Assembly: GCA_051013385.1 (NCBI GenBank)
Contig: CP143273.1
Coordinates: 960,001-1,024,000 of the forward strand
DNA: 64,000 nucleotides
Direction: 5' to 3'
From: Phormidium sp.
Lineage (GTDB): Bacteria > Cyanobacteriota > Cyanobacteriia > Cyanobacteriales > Aerosakkonemataceae
Shown piece after piece: positions 1-10,681 of this stretch. The translations under genes were made by a program, and so were the position numbers. Positions within the stretch are counted from its first letter, which is position 1; each line of letters opens with the position of its first letter. Under the pieces are notes generated by a model, which was not told the DNA's origin, searched no databases, and saw nothing but the letters and a program-made list of their open reading frames with translations.

Positions 1-1041
1 ATTTTCTCTCGCCAATTTGCGGCAATGGTTAATGCTGGGGTGGCTTTGGTGAGAGCTTTGGGGGTATTAAATGAACAATGCACTAATCCCAAGTTGAAAA
101 AAGCTTTGGTGGGGATTAGTGCAGATGTAAATGAGGGGATTGGTCTGGCAGAAGCAATGCGAAAACATCCCGATTGCTTTGATAACCTCTATGTGGCAAT
201 GGTAGAAGCTGGGGAGGTTGGTGGGGTACTCGATGAGGTTTTAAACCGGATTGCGAAATTATTAGAAGATGCGGCGAGGCTACAAAACCAAATTAAGTCG
301 GCGATGTCTTATCCGGTGGCGGTGGGAAGTTTGGCTGTGCTGATCTTTATTGGGATGACGACATTTCTGTTACCAATTTTTGCGAAGATTTTTGAAGATT
401 TGGGAACGGAATTGCCATTGTTTACCCAAATCATGATGGGAATTAGTGAAATTTTTCGGGGTCCATTGCTGCCAGAACCGAAAAGAAATTACTGGGTATT
501 TGTTGTTATTGGTGTGATTGTAGGGTTGAATATTGCCTATAAGCAATATTACAAAACTCCGGTAGGTCACTTACAAATGGACAAGTTTTTCCTGAAAGCT
601 CCAATTATTGGTGATTTGACGGAAAAAACTGCGGTGGCGCGTTTTTGCCGCACTTTTGGGACTTTAACTCGTTCTGGTGTACCAATTTTGACTTCTTTGG
701 AAATTGTGCGGGATACGGCGGGTAATGTGGTTATTTCTAATGCGATCGAAGCGGCGAGAAAAGAAATTCAAGGTGGGGGGATGATTAGCCTTGCTTTGCA
801 ACGAGAAAAAGTTTTCCCGATTCTGGCAATTCAAATGATCAGTATTGGGGAAGAAACTGGGGAAATTGACAAAATGTTGATGAAGGTTGCCGATTTCTAT
901 GAAGATGAAGTCGAGCAAGCTGTGAAAGGTCTGACAAGTGTACTAGAACCACTGATGATGGTGGGTATTGCTGCTATTGTGGGTTCGATTTTGTTGTCGA
1001 TGTATCTACCAATGTTTGCAGTGTTCGACAAGTTAGGCTAA
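1..1041 (+). CDS. pilC: Type IV pilus assembly platform protein PilC (T2SS F family), 5'-truncated by window edge
   Basis: Frame is open from base 1 (IFSRQFAAMV...). Two T2SSF repeats with AGEVGG.LDEVL, SAMSYP, IGEETGE.D.ML and LEP motifs. Confidence 0.95.
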   Translation: MFSRQFAAMVNAGVALVRALGVLNEQCTNPKLKKALVGISADVNEGIGLAEAMRKHPDCFDNLYVAMVEAGEVGGVLDEVLNRIAKLLEDAARLQNQIKSAMSYPVAVGSLAVLIFIGMTTFLLPIFAKIFEDLGTELPLFTQIMMGISEIFRGPLLPEPKRNYWVFVVIGVIVGLNIAYKQYYKTPVGHLQMDKFFLKAPIIGDLTEKTAVARFCRTFGTLTRSGVPILTSLEIVRDTAGNVVISNAIEAARKEIQGGGMISLALQREKVFPILAIQMISIGEETGEIDKMLMKVADFYEDEVEQAVKGLTSVLEPLMMVGIAAIVGSILLSMYLPMFAVFDKLG

Positions 1042-1119
1042 TTGATAGAGATTCCCTTTGTTTGAGCTATCTAAAATCAGAAAAGAATTTGGCAAACCAT
1101 CGCAGTTCCAATTAGGAAA

Positions 1120-1701
1120 ATGTCGCAGCAGATTCATTACGAAGAGTTACTTGCAGACTATAGTAGCCAAATAGGGGCGATCGAGCTACTGAAGCAACAT
1201 CGACCCTATTTTGAGCTAATTCCTAGTCTGCGCCGACCACAAGAAAGTTTAATCACTATCCCTTTGCCGATCGTAAGATTAAGTCAAAATATCACATCGA
1301 CAAAACATAGTGGTGTAGTAAAACCAGGACGACTTGCAACTTGTTTACCCTGCGATTTAGCAGTTTTAATGTGTGACCCGGAATGGAAAATTAAAACGGG
1401 TGCAGAAATTTTAGTATTTATCCATCGTCCTGATGAAGAGTTTTCGGAATTACTACATCGGTGGCGACAAACTCAGGTTTATTTGGATAATGGTTATGAG
1501 TGGGTGATGCCTTCCCGGTACAATCATATTTTGAGTGAGGGCGCTGATAAAGTACATCCACTGTTTGTAATTTATGAGCAAACTCCAGAGCGAATTAAGT
1601 CGGGTTTAAAGGGTGCTTATTTGCCGTTTGTGGTGCAAAATTTGACTGTAACTCAGGAAGAAATTCCGCCTGCTTTATCTCCAGAAACTCCAGCAAGTTA
1701 G
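1120..1701 (+). CDS. Conserved cyanobacterial hypothetical protein
   Basis: 193-aa ORF with ATG and AGGA RBS directly after pilC. The CDPEWKIKTG segment looks conserved; no function recognised. Confidence 0.75.
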   Translation: MSQQIHYEELLADYSSQIGAIELLKQHRPYFELIPSLRRPQESLITIPLPIVRLSQNITSTKHSGVVKPGRLATCLPCDLAVLMCDPEWKIKTGAEILVFIHRPDEEFSELLHRWRQTQVYLDNGYEWVMPSRYNHILSEGADKVHPLFVIYEQTPERIKSGLKGAYLPFVVQNLTVTQEEIPPALSPETPAS

Positions 1702-1788
1702 GTGTTCTTGGAGCAGGGGAGAGGATTAAAGCAATTTGTTCAGTTTCCCAGTAATTCAATTTACATAGCTAATTGACACTTTCACCGT

Positions 1789-1818
1789 CGTAGGGGTAAT
1801 TCATGAATTACCCCTACG
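1789..1818. repeat. REP-like perfect 30-bp palindrome
   Basis: cgtaggggtaattca|tgaattacccctacg, bounded by GTAG...CTAC. Confidence 0.85.
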
Positions 1819-1909
1819 CTGTGACTTCATGCTTCATTGAGATAAGAGGACTTACGCTGTCAGATTAGTTTGTTGGGTTATAGTTTTGTAATTTTTGGAG
1901 AAGGGTATA

Positions 1910-2740
1910 ATGGCGCAGGATTCGGTGGTGGCATGGCAAAAGTTAATTGAGGTGGTGGCGCAGTTGCGATCGCCTTATGGTGGTTGTCCTTGGGATTTAG
2001 CCCAAACTCCTCAATCTTTAATTCCCTACGTAATTGAAGAAGCTTATGAAGTTGTAGATGCGATTAGATGTGAAGATAAAAGTGCGATCGCAGAAGAATT
2101 AGGAGATTTACTTTTACAAGTAGTTTTACAAGCCCAAATTGCTAGCGAATCTGGTCAATTTACAATCAAAGAAGTGGTTGAAGGAATTACGGAAAAATTA
2201 ATTCGCAGACATCCTCACGTTTTTGGTGATGTGGCTGTGGAAAGTGTTGAGGAAGTGCGACAAAATTGGGAAAAAATTAAAGCGGCTGAAAAGGGAGAAA
2301 CTCCAAAGCAGCAACAGTTACTCAGTGCAAAAATTAGCCGTTATGCTCGGACTTTGCCTCCTTTAACTGCGGGAATGAAAATTTCTCAAAAAGCGGCGGC
2401 TGTGGGTTTTGAATGGGACAAAATTGAGGATGTTTGGGAAAAGTTTAATGAAGAATTGGCGGAATTTAGATACTCTATTCAACATGAAACTAAAGAACGG
2501 CAACAAGAAGAATTAGGCGATTTGTTATTTGTAATTATTAATTTGGCGCGGTGGTACGATTTAGATCCGGCGGCAGCTTTGCACGGCACAAATCAACGTT
2601 TTATACAAAGAATTGTGAAGATGGAGGCAGTGACAGACCGCCCGCTTTCGGATTATTCACCAGAAGAGTTGGAACAACTTTGGCAACAAGCAAAGGCTAA
2701 GTTGGCGGCGCAAAAAAAAGGCGATCGGACTGATATATAA
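1910..2740 (+). CDS. mazG: Nucleoside triphosphate pyrophosphohydrolase MazG (tandem-domain)
   Basis: GCPWD, EEAYE, EELGDLLLQV, KLIRRHPHVF and a second EELGDLLF. ATG at 1910 preferred over TTG at 1895. Confidence 0.93.
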   Translation: MAQDSVVAWQKLIEVVAQLRSPYGGCPWDLAQTPQSLIPYVIEEAYEVVDAIRCEDKSAIAEELGDLLLQVVLQAQIASESGQFTIKEVVEGITEKLIRRHPHVFGDVAVESVEEVRQNWEKIKAAEKGETPKQQQLLSAKISRYARTLPPLTAGMKISQKAAAVGFEWDKIEDVWEKFNEELAEFRYSIQHETKERQQEELGDLLFVIINLARWYDLDPAAALHGTNQRFIQRIVKMEAVTDRPLSDYSPEELEQLWQQAKAKLAAQKKGDRTDI

Positions 2741-2825
2741 TTTATTGTTTGAAGAGGATAAACTCAATACTTCCGTAATAGCTAAACTTGCTATTAAATA
2801 GTGTCAGTAAAATTGCGGAAAAGTT

Positions 2826-4058
2826 ATGTTACAATTTGTATCAAAAACCCTGAAATTATCAGCCGCTAGTGTCAGTCTGATACTGGGAATCCCAGAGGTT
2901 GCTCAAGGCGCTTACTTAAAGCTGTGGGATAATGGGCCATCAAGTAACCGAGTGGATATAGTTTTTCTGGGAGATGGGTATACAGCAGCAGATATTAATA
3001 CCACCTACAACAGGGATATTAATGCGATGCTCAATTGGATGTTTTTTGGCAATGAAAATCCCTATCCCAGGTATAAAAACTTTTTTAATGTTCACCGTTT
3101 GGATATTATTTCTCAGGAAAGGGGAGCAGATATTCCTCCTAATGGTATTTTCCGCAATACTGCTTTAGATGCGAGTTACTATTTTGACGGAGTAACCGAT
3201 CGTTTGCTTTATGTTAATGAAGCAAAAGCTAACCAAGCTTTAATAAATAATTTACCTGACCTTTCATTAGCAGAAATTCGATTATTAACTGTTAATGATA
3301 CTAAATATGGCGGGGGTGGCGGAAATTTTGCTGTGTATGCAGGTGGGAATATGTATGCTACAGACCTGGCTCTTCATGAATTAGGGCATAGCTTTAATAA
3401 GTTAGCTGATGAATATTATTATAGCGATTCGGAAACTTATAGATTCTATAATGGTCCAGAACCCACAGCAATTAATATTACTAAATCTGCTACTGGTAAT
3501 AAGTGGTCACAGTGGCTAGGTTATGTGCAACCGGGTATTGGAGTTATTGGTGCTTATGAGGGTGCTGGTTTTTACCAAAGAGGTTTGTTTCGACCTTCTA
3601 TGAATTCTAAAATGCGGAGTTTAGGTCAGCCTTTTGATGCGGTAAGTCGAGAAAAGATTATTTTAGATATTTATGATTTAGTAAATCCTTTGGACAGTTG
3701 GCTAGATAATACGACTACTTTATTTAATCCTCAGCAACTTTGGGTGAAACCTATAGATCCAAGTGTGATTAATGTTAACTGGTATGTGAATGATGTTTTA
3801 GTAACTGATGCTAAAAATCAATCGTTTAATTTGGCAAATTATGTTTTTGATTCAGGACTTTATCAGGTGACTGCTAAAGCTTTTGATCCTACAGATTGGG
3901 TGAGAGTTAAACGCGATCGTTTAGAGCAAAGTATTACATGGAATGTGGAGGTTTCTGTTGCTAAACGAGTTACCGAACCAGGAACTTTGTTAGGGTTATT
4001 TAGTATTAGTATTTTCGCTTTGGTTAGTTGTGCTAAAAAAGGCAAAGATTTATCTTAA
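2826..4058 (+). CDS. Secreted M64 (IgA peptidase-like) metallopeptidase with PEP-CTERM-like anchor
   Basis: Signal peptide, VDIVFLGDGYT, YGGGG and HELGHSF.KLADEY zinc motif. C-terminus is VTEPG + hydrophobic helix + KK. Confidence 0.85.
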   Translation: MLQFVSKTLKLSAASVSLILGIPEVAQGAYLKLWDNGPSSNRVDIVFLGDGYTAADINTTYNRDINAMLNWMFFGNENPYPRYKNFFNVHRLDIISQERGADIPPNGIFRNTALDASYYFDGVTDRLLYVNEAKANQALINNLPDLSLAEIRLLTVNDTKYGGGGGNFAVYAGGNMYATDLALHELGHSFNKLADEYYYSDSETYRFYNGPEPTAINITKSATGNKWSQWLGYVQPGIGVIGAYEGAGFYQRGLFRPSMNSKMRSLGQPFDAVSREKIILDIYDLVNPLDSWLDNTTTLFNPQQLWVKPIDPSVINVNWYVNDVLVTDAKNQSFNLANYVFDSGLYQVTAKAFDPTDWVRVKRDRLEQSITWNVEVSVAKRVTEPGTLLGLFSISIFALVSCAKKGKDLS

Positions 4059-4100
4059 ACGTAATGTAGAGACGTTATATATAACGTTACTCAAACGTTA

Positions 4101-4203
4101 CTCAGATCTTGCACCAAGAGGCAGAGCCTCTTTCCTTTCGTTCCCAGGTTGAACCTGGGAACGAGATTAGGGAGGTTCTACCTCCCCTGCTGCAAGATCT
4201 GGG
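4101..4203. repeat. MITE-like element with CTCAGATCTTGCA(CC) termini
   Basis: ctcagatcttgcacc ... gctgcaagatctggg. The internal hairpin cgttcccaggtt-g-aacctgggaacg is shared with 20717-20785. Confidence 0.75.
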
Positions 4204-4211
4204 TATTATGG

Positions 4212-6215
4212 TTAGCGCAAAAGCAGGATAATAGCCAAGCCTAAAATAATTGCGCCACTGCCAAAAACTAATGCCCAAAAACGATGGTAACTTCTAACAA
4301 TGGTGCCGCTGGTACTTTCTAAACTGATTAAATCCATCCAAGATCCGATACCGCGACGGAACCAACCTAAAGTGTTTACTTCCGATCCAATTAGGCTTTT
4401 AACTCGTTTCATGCCGAACAAGAAATTACCGATCGAACCAAACCGAGAAGCATAATGTAAATACATTAAACCACTGCGTTCTTGCAACATTAAATCTGAA
4501 CCAAAGGCGTAACCTGCGTCGCCTCTGCCGATGAGTTTACCTTGTAATTTTGCAGGTTTACCACGCAAAGGGCTGGCATAAGGATCGGACATTAACGAAA
4601 TCATATCTGTGTCGGCGGCGTGACTGAAATCAGGATAGGTAACAAAGGTTTTGAATAATGTTCCTATTCCTAAACCAATTACCGGAGAAGCTAACAATAA
4701 ACCAAAGCTTTGTACTGATTCTGAGTTGCTGATGAATACAATAATTCCGATCGCTAACCCAGTGAAGAAACCAATTATTTGCGATAGATAAAGGAAGATA
4801 TCCAGCGCAAAGTTACCATAAAGTTTCCCTTTGTTTAAAGTCTTACCTTCGCGCACGACTCGACTCATATCAAACTCGGTTTCTAAACCTAGTTGTTCTG
4901 CATAAGTGCTTAAGGCGCGAACTCTTTTTCCGGTTAATGGATGAGTAGAATTTAATTCCATCCACCAACCCCAAGGATTAAACATATCCCAGAGAAAGAC
5001 TCTGCCGATTTGTTCTGGACGAGAGGCGGCGCGATAAGCAGTTCCGGTTGCTGCTGCACCTTTATGATCGTAAATTCCTAAAGCGCGAGTACCTTCTATT
5101 AATTTACTTGGTTCTTTGTTTTGTTGACTTTCTTCTAAAATGCCGTAAGCGATTTTCACTAAGGCGCGAGATAATGCGTTAGGGTTGCCTGTAGTTTCGG
5201 CGGCGAAATGATCGGCAAAGTATTCTCTTGTGCGAGACAAGTACAGGATTAAGTAAGTACCAATGATATAAAACAAATAGGCGGCTAAAGCAATTCCCCC
5301 GGCAGCATCTTTGGCACTATTGTTGCTATTTCCACTGCCTAATTCTCGCAAAAAGACGTACAGCAAATAACATATTTGGACTAATGTTGCGGCTACTGTC
5401 ATTACCGCAAAATCCCAATGTACAATATGACCTAATTCATGGGCGTAAACGGTGGCAATTTCGTCATCTTTTAGATAGGTGAACAGTCCTTCGCTGACTA
5501 CTAAACGGGCGCTGTTGGGTAAAGAACCGTAAGTAAATGCGGTGGGATTTTGGTCGTCTATGATTCCTAAACGGGGTTGTTTAAGGTTTTTTTCGGCACA
5601 AACTCGCTGAATTACTGCTGCTGCTTCGGGGCTTTTGCTTTCTAGTTCTGCTAAGTCTATCCAGCGAGTTTTATACAACCAGCTTTGGGTTAAATCCATC
5701 AAGTAAGGTGACAGGAAAAAAGCGGCGAGATTGAAAATTAAGGTAAAAGCGATCGCAATTCCCAATCCCAAAGTTGGGTTTTCACTATTGTAAATAAAGA
5801 CAACAACTAAAGCTAACACAAACACCATGCCAAATAATAATGTCATGGTGACAATGGAGGCTAAAGCGAGATTTCCACCTACACCTCCCATTGCTAGTTT
5901 GACACCTAAGCCAGCTGCACGTTTAGTATTAGTAATCGCTGATGAATTTGATGAATTTAGGGATTCTAGGGTTTTTTGTGCCCATTGAGAAACTTTGGGA
6001 TTGCTGCTGTTGCTAAGTTGCTGACATAAGGCGATCGCTTTTTGATTTTGGTTAGCCTTTTGATAAGCTGCTACTAACCACATCCGCCCCCGCAAATAAT
6101 CTTCAGATCGATCGTCTAAACATTGCCCACAAAATTTTTCCAAGAGATTAATCGCCTCTTGATAACGCTTTTGCTTAATGGCTTCTATGCCTGCTTGCAG
6201 TGACATATTCATCAC
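4212..6215 (-). CDS. M48 family (HtpX-like) membrane zinc metalloprotease with N-terminal TPR-like helices
   Basis: PTAFTYG, AHELGH, LSRTREYFAD, ALVKI and STHP motifs plus TM helices. Confidence 0.88.
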   Translation of the reverse strand: MMNMSLQAGIEAIKQKRYQEAINLLEKFCGQCLDDRSEDYLRGRMWLVAAYQKANQNQKAIALCQQLSNSSNPKVSQWAQKTLESLNSSNSSAITNTKRAAGLGVKLAMGGVGGNLALASIVTMTLLFGMVFVLALVVVFIYNSENPTLGLGIAIAFTLIFNLAAFFLSPYLMDLTQSWLYKTRWIDLAELESKSPEAAAVIQRVCAEKNLKQPRLGIIDDQNPTAFTYGSLPNSARLVVSEGLFTYLKDDEIATVYAHELGHIVHWDFAVMTVAATLVQICYLLYVFLRELGSGNSNNSAKDAAGGIALAAYLFYIIGTYLILYLSRTREYFADHFAAETTGNPNALSRALVKIAYGILEESQQNKEPSKLIEGTRALGIYDHKGAAATGTAYRAASRPEQIGRVFLWDMFNPWGWWMELNSTHPLTGKRVRALSTYAEQLGLETEFDMSRVVREGKTLNKGKLYGNFALDIFLYLSQIIGFFTGLAIGIIVFISNSESVQSFGLLLASPVIGLGIGTLFKTFVTYPDFSHAADTDMISLMSDPYASPLRGKPAKLQGKLIGRGDAGYAFGSDLMLQERSGLMYLHYASRFGSIGNFLFGMKRVKSLIGSEVNTLGWFRRGIGSWMDLISLESTSGTIVRSYHRFWALVFGSGAIILGLAIILLLR

Positions 6216-6302
6216 CCTAACGGAGTATATCTGTTTCGATCAATACTCAGGGAAGGGATGATTGTCAGCCTTTGTTAGTAAAACTTTAGGAAACGGGAAA
6301 TT

Positions 6303-7058
6303 TTACACGAAACTGGGGGTTGTTAAACTGACCATATCCCGATAATAATCAATGACTTCACTGGCGGAACCAGTATATTTGATTTTACCTTGGTCTAACC
6401 AAATTACGCGATCGCAAAATTGCTCAACTAAATTTAATTCATGGGATACCAGAAGAACTGTAGCATTAGCATCCCAGAAATTTTTTAAACGTTGTTTGCA
6501 TTTCTTTTTAAATCTTTCGTCACCGACAGCTAACACTTCATCTAAAATTAAAATATCTGGTTCGATATCAGTGGCGATCGCAAAACCTAACCTTGCTACC
6601 ATTCCAGATGATAAACCTTTTAAGGGTACTGAAACATATTCTTCTAATTCCGCAAAAGCTAAAATTGAATCGATTTTTTGGCGCATTTGTTTTTGAGAAA
6701 ATCCCAGCATTACCCCATACAAAATGATATTATCTAACACAGATAAGTCTGGATCGAAACCTGCTTCCAATTCTATCATCGGCGCAATTTTTCCCCAGAC
6801 TTTTACCTGACCGTGCGTTGGGTTTAAAATTCCACAAATCACTTTTAGCAGGGTGGATTTTCCCGAACCATTGACACCTATGATGCCTACTTTTTCGCCT
6901 GCTGTTATGGTTAAATCAACCCGATCTAAGACTAACTTTTTGATGGGTTTATGATATTTGCCTTCCAGAACTGACAAAATTGTTTTCTTCAAGTCATAAG
7001 AAAACTCTTCTTGGGTTCTGCGCCATAAGGATACTTGTTCTAAGCAGATTGCTTGCAT
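6303..7058 (-). CDS. Polysaccharide ABC exporter ATPase (Wzt/TagH-like, no C-terminal sugar-binding domain)
   Basis: Walker A GVNGSGKST, LSSGMVARLGFA, ILILDEVLAVGD, VSH. Confidence 0.9.
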   Translation of the reverse strand: MQAICLEQVSLWRRTQEEFSYDLKKTILSVLEGKYHKPIKKLVLDRVDLTITAGEKVGIIGVNGSGKSTLLKVICGILNPTHGQVKVWGKIAPMIELEAGFDPDLSVLDNIILYGVMLGFSQKQMRQKIDSILAFAELEEYVSVPLKGLSSGMVARLGFAIATDIEPDILILDEVLAVGDERFKKKCKQRLKNFWDANATVLLVSHELNLVEQFCDRVIWLDQGKIKYTGSASEVIDYYRDMVSLTTPSFV

Positions 7059-7868
7059 TTATAATAAATCCATAAATTGCGATCGCCAACTATCAAACAA
7101 TTTACATCCTACAGCTAAAACTACACAACTAGTGAACAAAGAAGTGCCAATTAAGCTGAGGTCAGGCAAATCTCCTGACAAGGCAATCTGACGAATACTG
7201 CCAATAATCCAAGTGAGGGGGTTAAGGGCTAAAATTGGGCGAATATTTGCCGGAACAATCTCTATTGGGTAAAATATGGGAGAGCTAAACCACATTAGGG
7301 AAACAACTAATTCATAGAAATATGGCAAATCACGAAAGAAAACAAATAGCGCACTGACAATCAATCCCACTCCTGCACAAAAGCAAACTAAGGATAACAA
7401 TGGCAGGATCAAAGCTAACACATTAATTAAACTTTGGGAAGTTACTAATGTGGCAATTACTAAAAATGGCAAGGAACCGCAGACAAACTGAAAGACATTT
7501 GCAGCAATCATTGATAGGGGAAAAACATTGATTGGCAAGCGAATTTTATTCAACAATCCCCCGTTGCAGACTACACTAGTTAATGCTTGGGTAGTGGCTG
7601 CGGAAAAAAAGTTAATTACCACTAAACCTGCAAACACTTCTAACATATAAGTGGCAAGGGAATTTTCGTAATATCGTAAAAATGCCATGCCAAAAATTGT
7701 GGTGTAAGCTGCGGTCATTAGTAAGGGGTTTAACAATGACCAATAGATGCCTAAAATGGAACCGCGATAACGGACTTTAAGATTTCGCGTTACCAATACC
7801 TGCAACAATTCCAGATAGCGGACTAGGTTAGCATTCTGGAAAATAGATGTTTTACTCACTCGCACCAC
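7059..7868 (-). CDS. Polysaccharide ABC exporter permease (Wzm/TagG-like)
   Basis: [30 protein letters not shown] and LNPL. Start moved to the GTG near 7868 because the longer ORF overlaps proA. Confidence 0.88.
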   Translation of the reverse strand: MVRVSKTSIFQNANLVRYLELLQVLVTRNLKVRYRGSILGIYWSLLNPLLMTAAYTTIFGMAFLRYYENSLATYMLEVFAGLVVINFFSAATTQALTSVVCNGGLLNKIRLPINVFPLSMIAANVFQFVCGSLPFLVIATLVTSQSLINVLALILPLLSLVCFCAGVGLIVSALFVFFRDLPYFYELVVSLMWFSSPIFYPIEIVPANIRPILALNPLTWIIGSIRQIALSGDLPDLSLIGTSLFTSCVVLAVGCKLFDSWRSQFMDLL

Positions 7869-7937
7869 GTTACCCTGTCTGTAAAAGACTATTCTTGTAC
7901 TAAGCTTGGAATATACGCCGCAAATCGAGAAATGTCC

Positions 7938-9251
7938 ATGACTGTTTCCCAAATAGCTACGAGTTCGCTAATTGAGATTGCCCAAGTTACCCGCCAAGCA
8001 GCAAGAGAGTTGGCGATGCTTTCTGCTGCTGCTAGGAATGATGCGATTGAAGCGATCGCCCAAGCTTTAGAATCGATGATGCCTGAGATTTTGACTGCGA
8101 ATAGTGCCGATTGTCAAGCAGCTGAGGCGGAAGGAATCTCGAAGTCGCTTTATGCAAGGTTAAAGTTAGATGAGACTAAGCTAAAAGGTGCGATCGCAGG
8201 TGTACGCGATGTCGGACGTTTACCCGATCCTGTAGGAAAGCTGGAAATTCATCGTCAGTTGGATCGGGGATTAATTTTAAAGCGAGTTAGTTGTCCTTTG
8301 GGCGTTTTGGGAATAATTTTTGAAGCCCGTCCTGATGCTGTCATGCAAATTACTAGTTTGGCAATTAAGTCTGGGAATGGGGTAATTTTGAAAGGTGGTA
8401 AAGAAGCAATTCGTTCTTGTGATGCTTTGGTAAAAGCGATTCGTTTAGGTTTAGCAAAAAGCGATGTTTCGCCAAATGTGGTACAGTTGCTCACGACGAG
8501 AGAGGAAATTTCTGCATTATTAAAGTTGGATGAATATGTAGATTTAATTATTCCCAGAGGTTCTAATAGTTTTGTGCGGTATGTGCAGGAAAATACCAGA
8601 ATTCCAGTTTTAGGACACGCTGAAGGAATTTGTCATTTATATATAGATGCGGCGGCGGAAATTACTAAGGCGGTGGATATTTCTGTGGATGCGAAAACGC
8701 AATATCCGGCGGCTTGTAATGCGATCGAAACTTTGTTAATTCACAAGTCAATTGCGCCAGATTTTCTACCTTTAGCGGCAGCGGCTTTAAAGGCGCGAAA
8801 TGTGGAATTGCGGGGAGACGATCGCGCCAGAGAAATTGTCGAAATGTCGCCAGCAACTCAAACAGATTGGGCAACGGAATATAGCGATTTGATTCTATCA
8901 ATTAAGATTGTAGATTCTTTGGCGGATGCGATCGCTCATATTAACACTTATGGTTCTCGGCATACTGATGCGATCGTCACCGAAGATCAAGAAGCAGCAA
9001 AAGTTTTTATTGCCCAAGTTGACGCAGCTGGAGTTTATCATAATTGTTCCACTCGTTTCGCTGATGGTTATCGTTATGGCTTTGGTGCAGAGGTAGGAAT
9101 TAGCACTCAAAAAATGCCTCCGCGTGGGCCTGTTGGTTTAGAAGGTTTGGTAACATACAAATATCAATTAACTGGAGATGGTCACATTGTCGAAAGTTAT
9201 AGTGGTAAGAATGCTAAACCTTTCCATCATCAAGATTTGCCCCTAGAGTAA
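7938..9251 (+). CDS. proA: Glutamate-5-semialdehyde dehydrogenase
   Basis: [63 protein letters not shown]. Confidence 0.96.
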   Translation: MTVSQIATSSLIEIAQVTRQAARELAMLSAAARNDAIEAIAQALESMMPEILTANSADCQAAEAEGISKSLYARLKLDETKLKGAIAGVRDVGRLPDPVGKLEIHRQLDRGLILKRVSCPLGVLGIIFEARPDAVMQITSLAIKSGNGVILKGGKEAIRSCDALVKAIRLGLAKSDVSPNVVQLLTTREEISALLKLDEYVDLIIPRGSNSFVRYVQENTRIPVLGHAEGICHLYIDAAAEITKAVDISVDAKTQYPAACNAIETLLIHKSIAPDFLPLAAAALKARNVELRGDDRAREIVEMSPATQTDWATEYSDLILSIKIVDSLADAIAHINTYGSRHTDAIVTEDQEAAKVFIAQVDAAGVYHNCSTRFADGYRYGFGAEVGISTQKMPPRGPVGLEGLVTYKYQLTGDGHIVESYSGKNAKPFHHQDLPLE

Positions 9252-9254
9252 AAG

Positions 9255-9327
9255 TTTTGAGTTATGAGTTATGAGTTTTAAGTTGAATCAAGAATGAACT
9301 CAAAACTAAAAACTCATAATTCATAAA
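9255..9327. repeat. STRR-type heptamer repeats in inverted arrangement
   Basis: A (TTATGAG/TTTTGAG)n tract followed by the complementary (ACTCAAA/ACTCATA)n tract. Confidence 0.7.
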
Positions 9328-9358
9328 TTTTTTGTTCCCCGTTCCATTTCCCTATTCA

Positions 9359-10291
9359 ATGAGTTTAATTAAAGAAACGATGAGTTGGTTTCAAATGGCT
9401 TTGCAATTAAAAGGTTCGGTGGCAATAAAAGTGCTACCTCGTGCTTTTGTTTGCAGCTTATTTGGACTAATAATTTCCTTAATTTATTACTGGAAATTAC
9501 CTTTACCTTGGCATAATTTAGGAACCATTACTACTAACGTAGTATTCAGTTTAGTATTAGGTTTGTTGTTGGTGTTTCGGACTAATACAGCTTACGATCG
9601 CTTTTGGGAAGGGCGGAAAGCTTGGGGGACATTAGTAATCAATATTCGCAGTTTAGCTAGACAAATTTCCACAGTTGTTGCGGCGGAGTCAGAAACAGAT
9701 AAAACCGAGAAAAATCAACAATTAAAATTATTAGTGGCTTTGGCTATTGCGACTAAATTGCATTTGCGAAGAGAACCTGTAACAGAAGAATTAGAACCCT
9801 GGCTAACTCCCACAGAATTAGTCAAGCTAAAACAGGTAAAAACCCCACCATTAGAAATTATTCGTTGGCTAGGAGATTACCTGCACAAACAAGGGGAAAA
9901 GGGTGGTTTAAATTCTTATCAGATAACAGCGATGAATCAGTTAATAGATAAACTAGTAGAAGGGTTGACTAGCTGCGAACGGATTTTAAATACTCCGATT
10001 CCTTTAGCTTATGTGATTTATTTAAAGCGATTGTTGCTGATATATTGTTTCTTTTTGCCTTTTCAGTTAGTGGCTAATTCCGAATGGTTAACGGCTTTTC
10101 TAGTATTTTTAATTAGTTTTGCTTTGTTTGGTATTGAAGAGATCGGTAATGAAATTCAAGAACCATTTGGTTACGATCCAAATGACATACCATTAGACCA
10201 AATTTGTCGGACAATTCAAAGTAATATGGAAGATCTAATAGCTTTGTCCGGTAGTAATAATTCAGAAAATGAACTAGAAAATTTAGTTTAG
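9359..10291 (+). CDS. Bestrophin family (YneE-like) anion channel
   Basis: LLLVFRTNTAYDRFWEGRKAWG, CERILNTPIP.AY, GIEEIG.EI.EPFG.D.ND. Confidence 0.92.
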   Translation: MSLIKETMSWFQMALQLKGSVAIKVLPRAFVCSLFGLIISLIYYWKLPLPWHNLGTITTNVVFSLVLGLLLVFRTNTAYDRFWEGRKAWGTLVINIRSLARQISTVVAAESETDKTEKNQQLKLLVALAIATKLHLRREPVTEELEPWLTPTELVKLKQVKTPPLEIIRWLGDYLHKQGEKGGLNSYQITAMNQLIDKLVEGLTSCERILNTPIPLAYVIYLKRLLLIYCFFLPFQLVANSEWLTAFLVFLISFALFGIEEIGNEIQEPFGYDPNDIPLDQICRTIQSNMEDLIALSGSNNSENELENLV

Positions 10292-10300
10292 GCAATTTTT

Positions 10301-10663
10301 ATGGACTCAATTGAAATTACTGGTATTCGCTGTTACGGTTACACGGGTTATTTACCGGAAGAACAGGTTTTAGGGCAATGGTTTGAGGTAGATGTTACTT
10401 TGTGGTTAGATTTAACCCGGGCTGGAGAAAGTGACGCTATTGCCGATACTTTGGATTATCGGACTACAATTGAAACTGTAAAAAATTTGGTGAAGACTGC
10501 TAAATTCGCCTTGGTGGAAAAGTTGGCAGAGGCGATCGCATCAAGTATCCTAGAATCAATTAAAGTCACCAAAGTTAGAGTAAGATTAACAAAACCTGCT
10601 GCGCCAATTCCTGAGTTTGGCGGTAAAATTACGATCGATCTTACCAGGGTGCAACACTACTAA
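10301..10663 (+). CDS. folB: Dihydroneopterin aldolase
   Basis: GYTG.LPEE..LGQWFEVD, DTLDY, LVEKLA, KP.AP. Confidence 0.95.
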   Translation: MDSIEITGIRCYGYTGYLPEEQVLGQWFEVDVTLWLDLTRAGESDAIADTLDYRTTIETVKNLVKTAKFALVEKLAEAIASSILESIKVTKVRVRLTKPAAPIPEFGGKITIDLTRVQHY

Positions 10664-10681
10664 TTTAAGGAAGATAGAAAG

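Noticed and set aside
1910..2740. MazG as a defence or TA component
   Set aside because: Ordinary tandem-domain housekeeping MazG with no mazEF or defence neighbours.
7869..7952. Head-to-head overlap of the wzm-like ORF with proA
   Set aside because: Artefact of the longest-ORF start; a GTG near 7868 removes the overlap.
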